DNA from: an uncultured Chloroflexia bacterium
GTDB lineage: Bacteria; Chloroflexota; Limnocylindria; Limnocylindrales; CSP1-4
Direction of reading: 5' to 3'
DNA: 64,000 bases
Assembly: GCA_963755115.1 (NCBI GenBank)
Contig: CAVWIK010000003.1
Location: 359,327 to 423,326 of the forward strand
The translations under genes were made by a program, and so were the position numbers. This document shows, piece after piece, positions 63,679 through 64,000 of this stretch. Below the pieces are notes generated by a model, which was not told the origin of the DNA, did no database searches, and saw nothing but the letters and a program-made list of their open reading frames with translations. Each line of letters begins with the position of its first letter. Position 1 is the stretch's first letter.

Positions 63679-64000
63679 GGGACAGTCACCTTCGGTTCGT
63701 CTGGGTGGCCGGTGAGCGACAGGAACACGTCGTCGAGGTCCGGGGTCAGGAGCGAGAGCTCGCCGACATCGATCGAACCCGCGTCGAGCTTGTCGAGGAG
63801 GGCGCGAAGCGCGTCGATCCCGCCGTCGCTCGGGACCTGGAGGGTGAGCGACTCGTCGTCGCGCGACGCGCCGTCGAACGCCCGCGCCGCCCGCTCGAGC
63901 TGCTCGGCATCGGCGAACGAGAGCTGGATGTGGCCGCCCGGCACGAGCCGCTTCAGCTCGTCGGGCGTGCCCTCGGCGACCAGCACCCCACGGTCGAGGA
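63675..64000 (-). CDS. DrrA-like ABC exporter ATPase, C-terminal part (5' end outside the window)
   Basis: LVAEGTPDELK...PDLDDVFLSLTG; ATGA overlap with the permease. Confidence 0.85.
   Translation of the reverse strand, partial: LDRGVLVAEGTPDELKRLVPGGHIQLSFADAEQLERAARAFDGASRDDESLTLQVPSDGGIDALRALLDKLDAGSIDVGELSLLTPDLDDVFLSLTGHPDEPKVTVP

Overview
Very GC-rich bacterial chromosome segment. Gene content and order suggest a Chloroflexota-like soil or freshwater organism (inference only). About 65 CDS; I found no tRNA, rRNA, CRISPR array or transposase. From 1 to 45 kb the genes are mostly housekeeping: nuoABCD-H complex I without nuoEFG, a MidA/NDUFAF7-like methyltransferase, folK, an F420-dependent oxidoreductase, glpX, purH, an hspR-lon-dnaJ-clpB operon, a KimA-USP-TrkA-TrkA potassium module, rsmG, csoR, hpt, a livKHMGF transporter, an NYN protein with a very long disordered tail, and holB. 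This part carries roughly 30 single-base frameshifts that look like long-read assembly errors. From 45.4 to 64 kb the frames are intact and the content is accessory. It includes a NarL-type two-component locus whose apparent operator (AGGG-N4-CCCT) recurs five times in front of a small Cys peptide, an ABC exporter, a CPBP protease and a membrane protein. It also has a complete Bacillus-type class IV PHA cluster (phaA-phaB-phaP / phaQ-phaR-phaC) whose PhaR synthase subunit is fused to a collagen-like Gly-X-Y domain and a Lys/Ala/Pro tail. Next to that is a mycobacterial ICL2-type isocitrate lyase preceded by an unannotated 63-aa Cys/His peptide and a divergent LysR regulator. The collagen-tailed class IV PHA synthase is the best candidate for an undescribed system. 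Start codons were chosen by eye. Family calls come from recognised motifs, not database searches.
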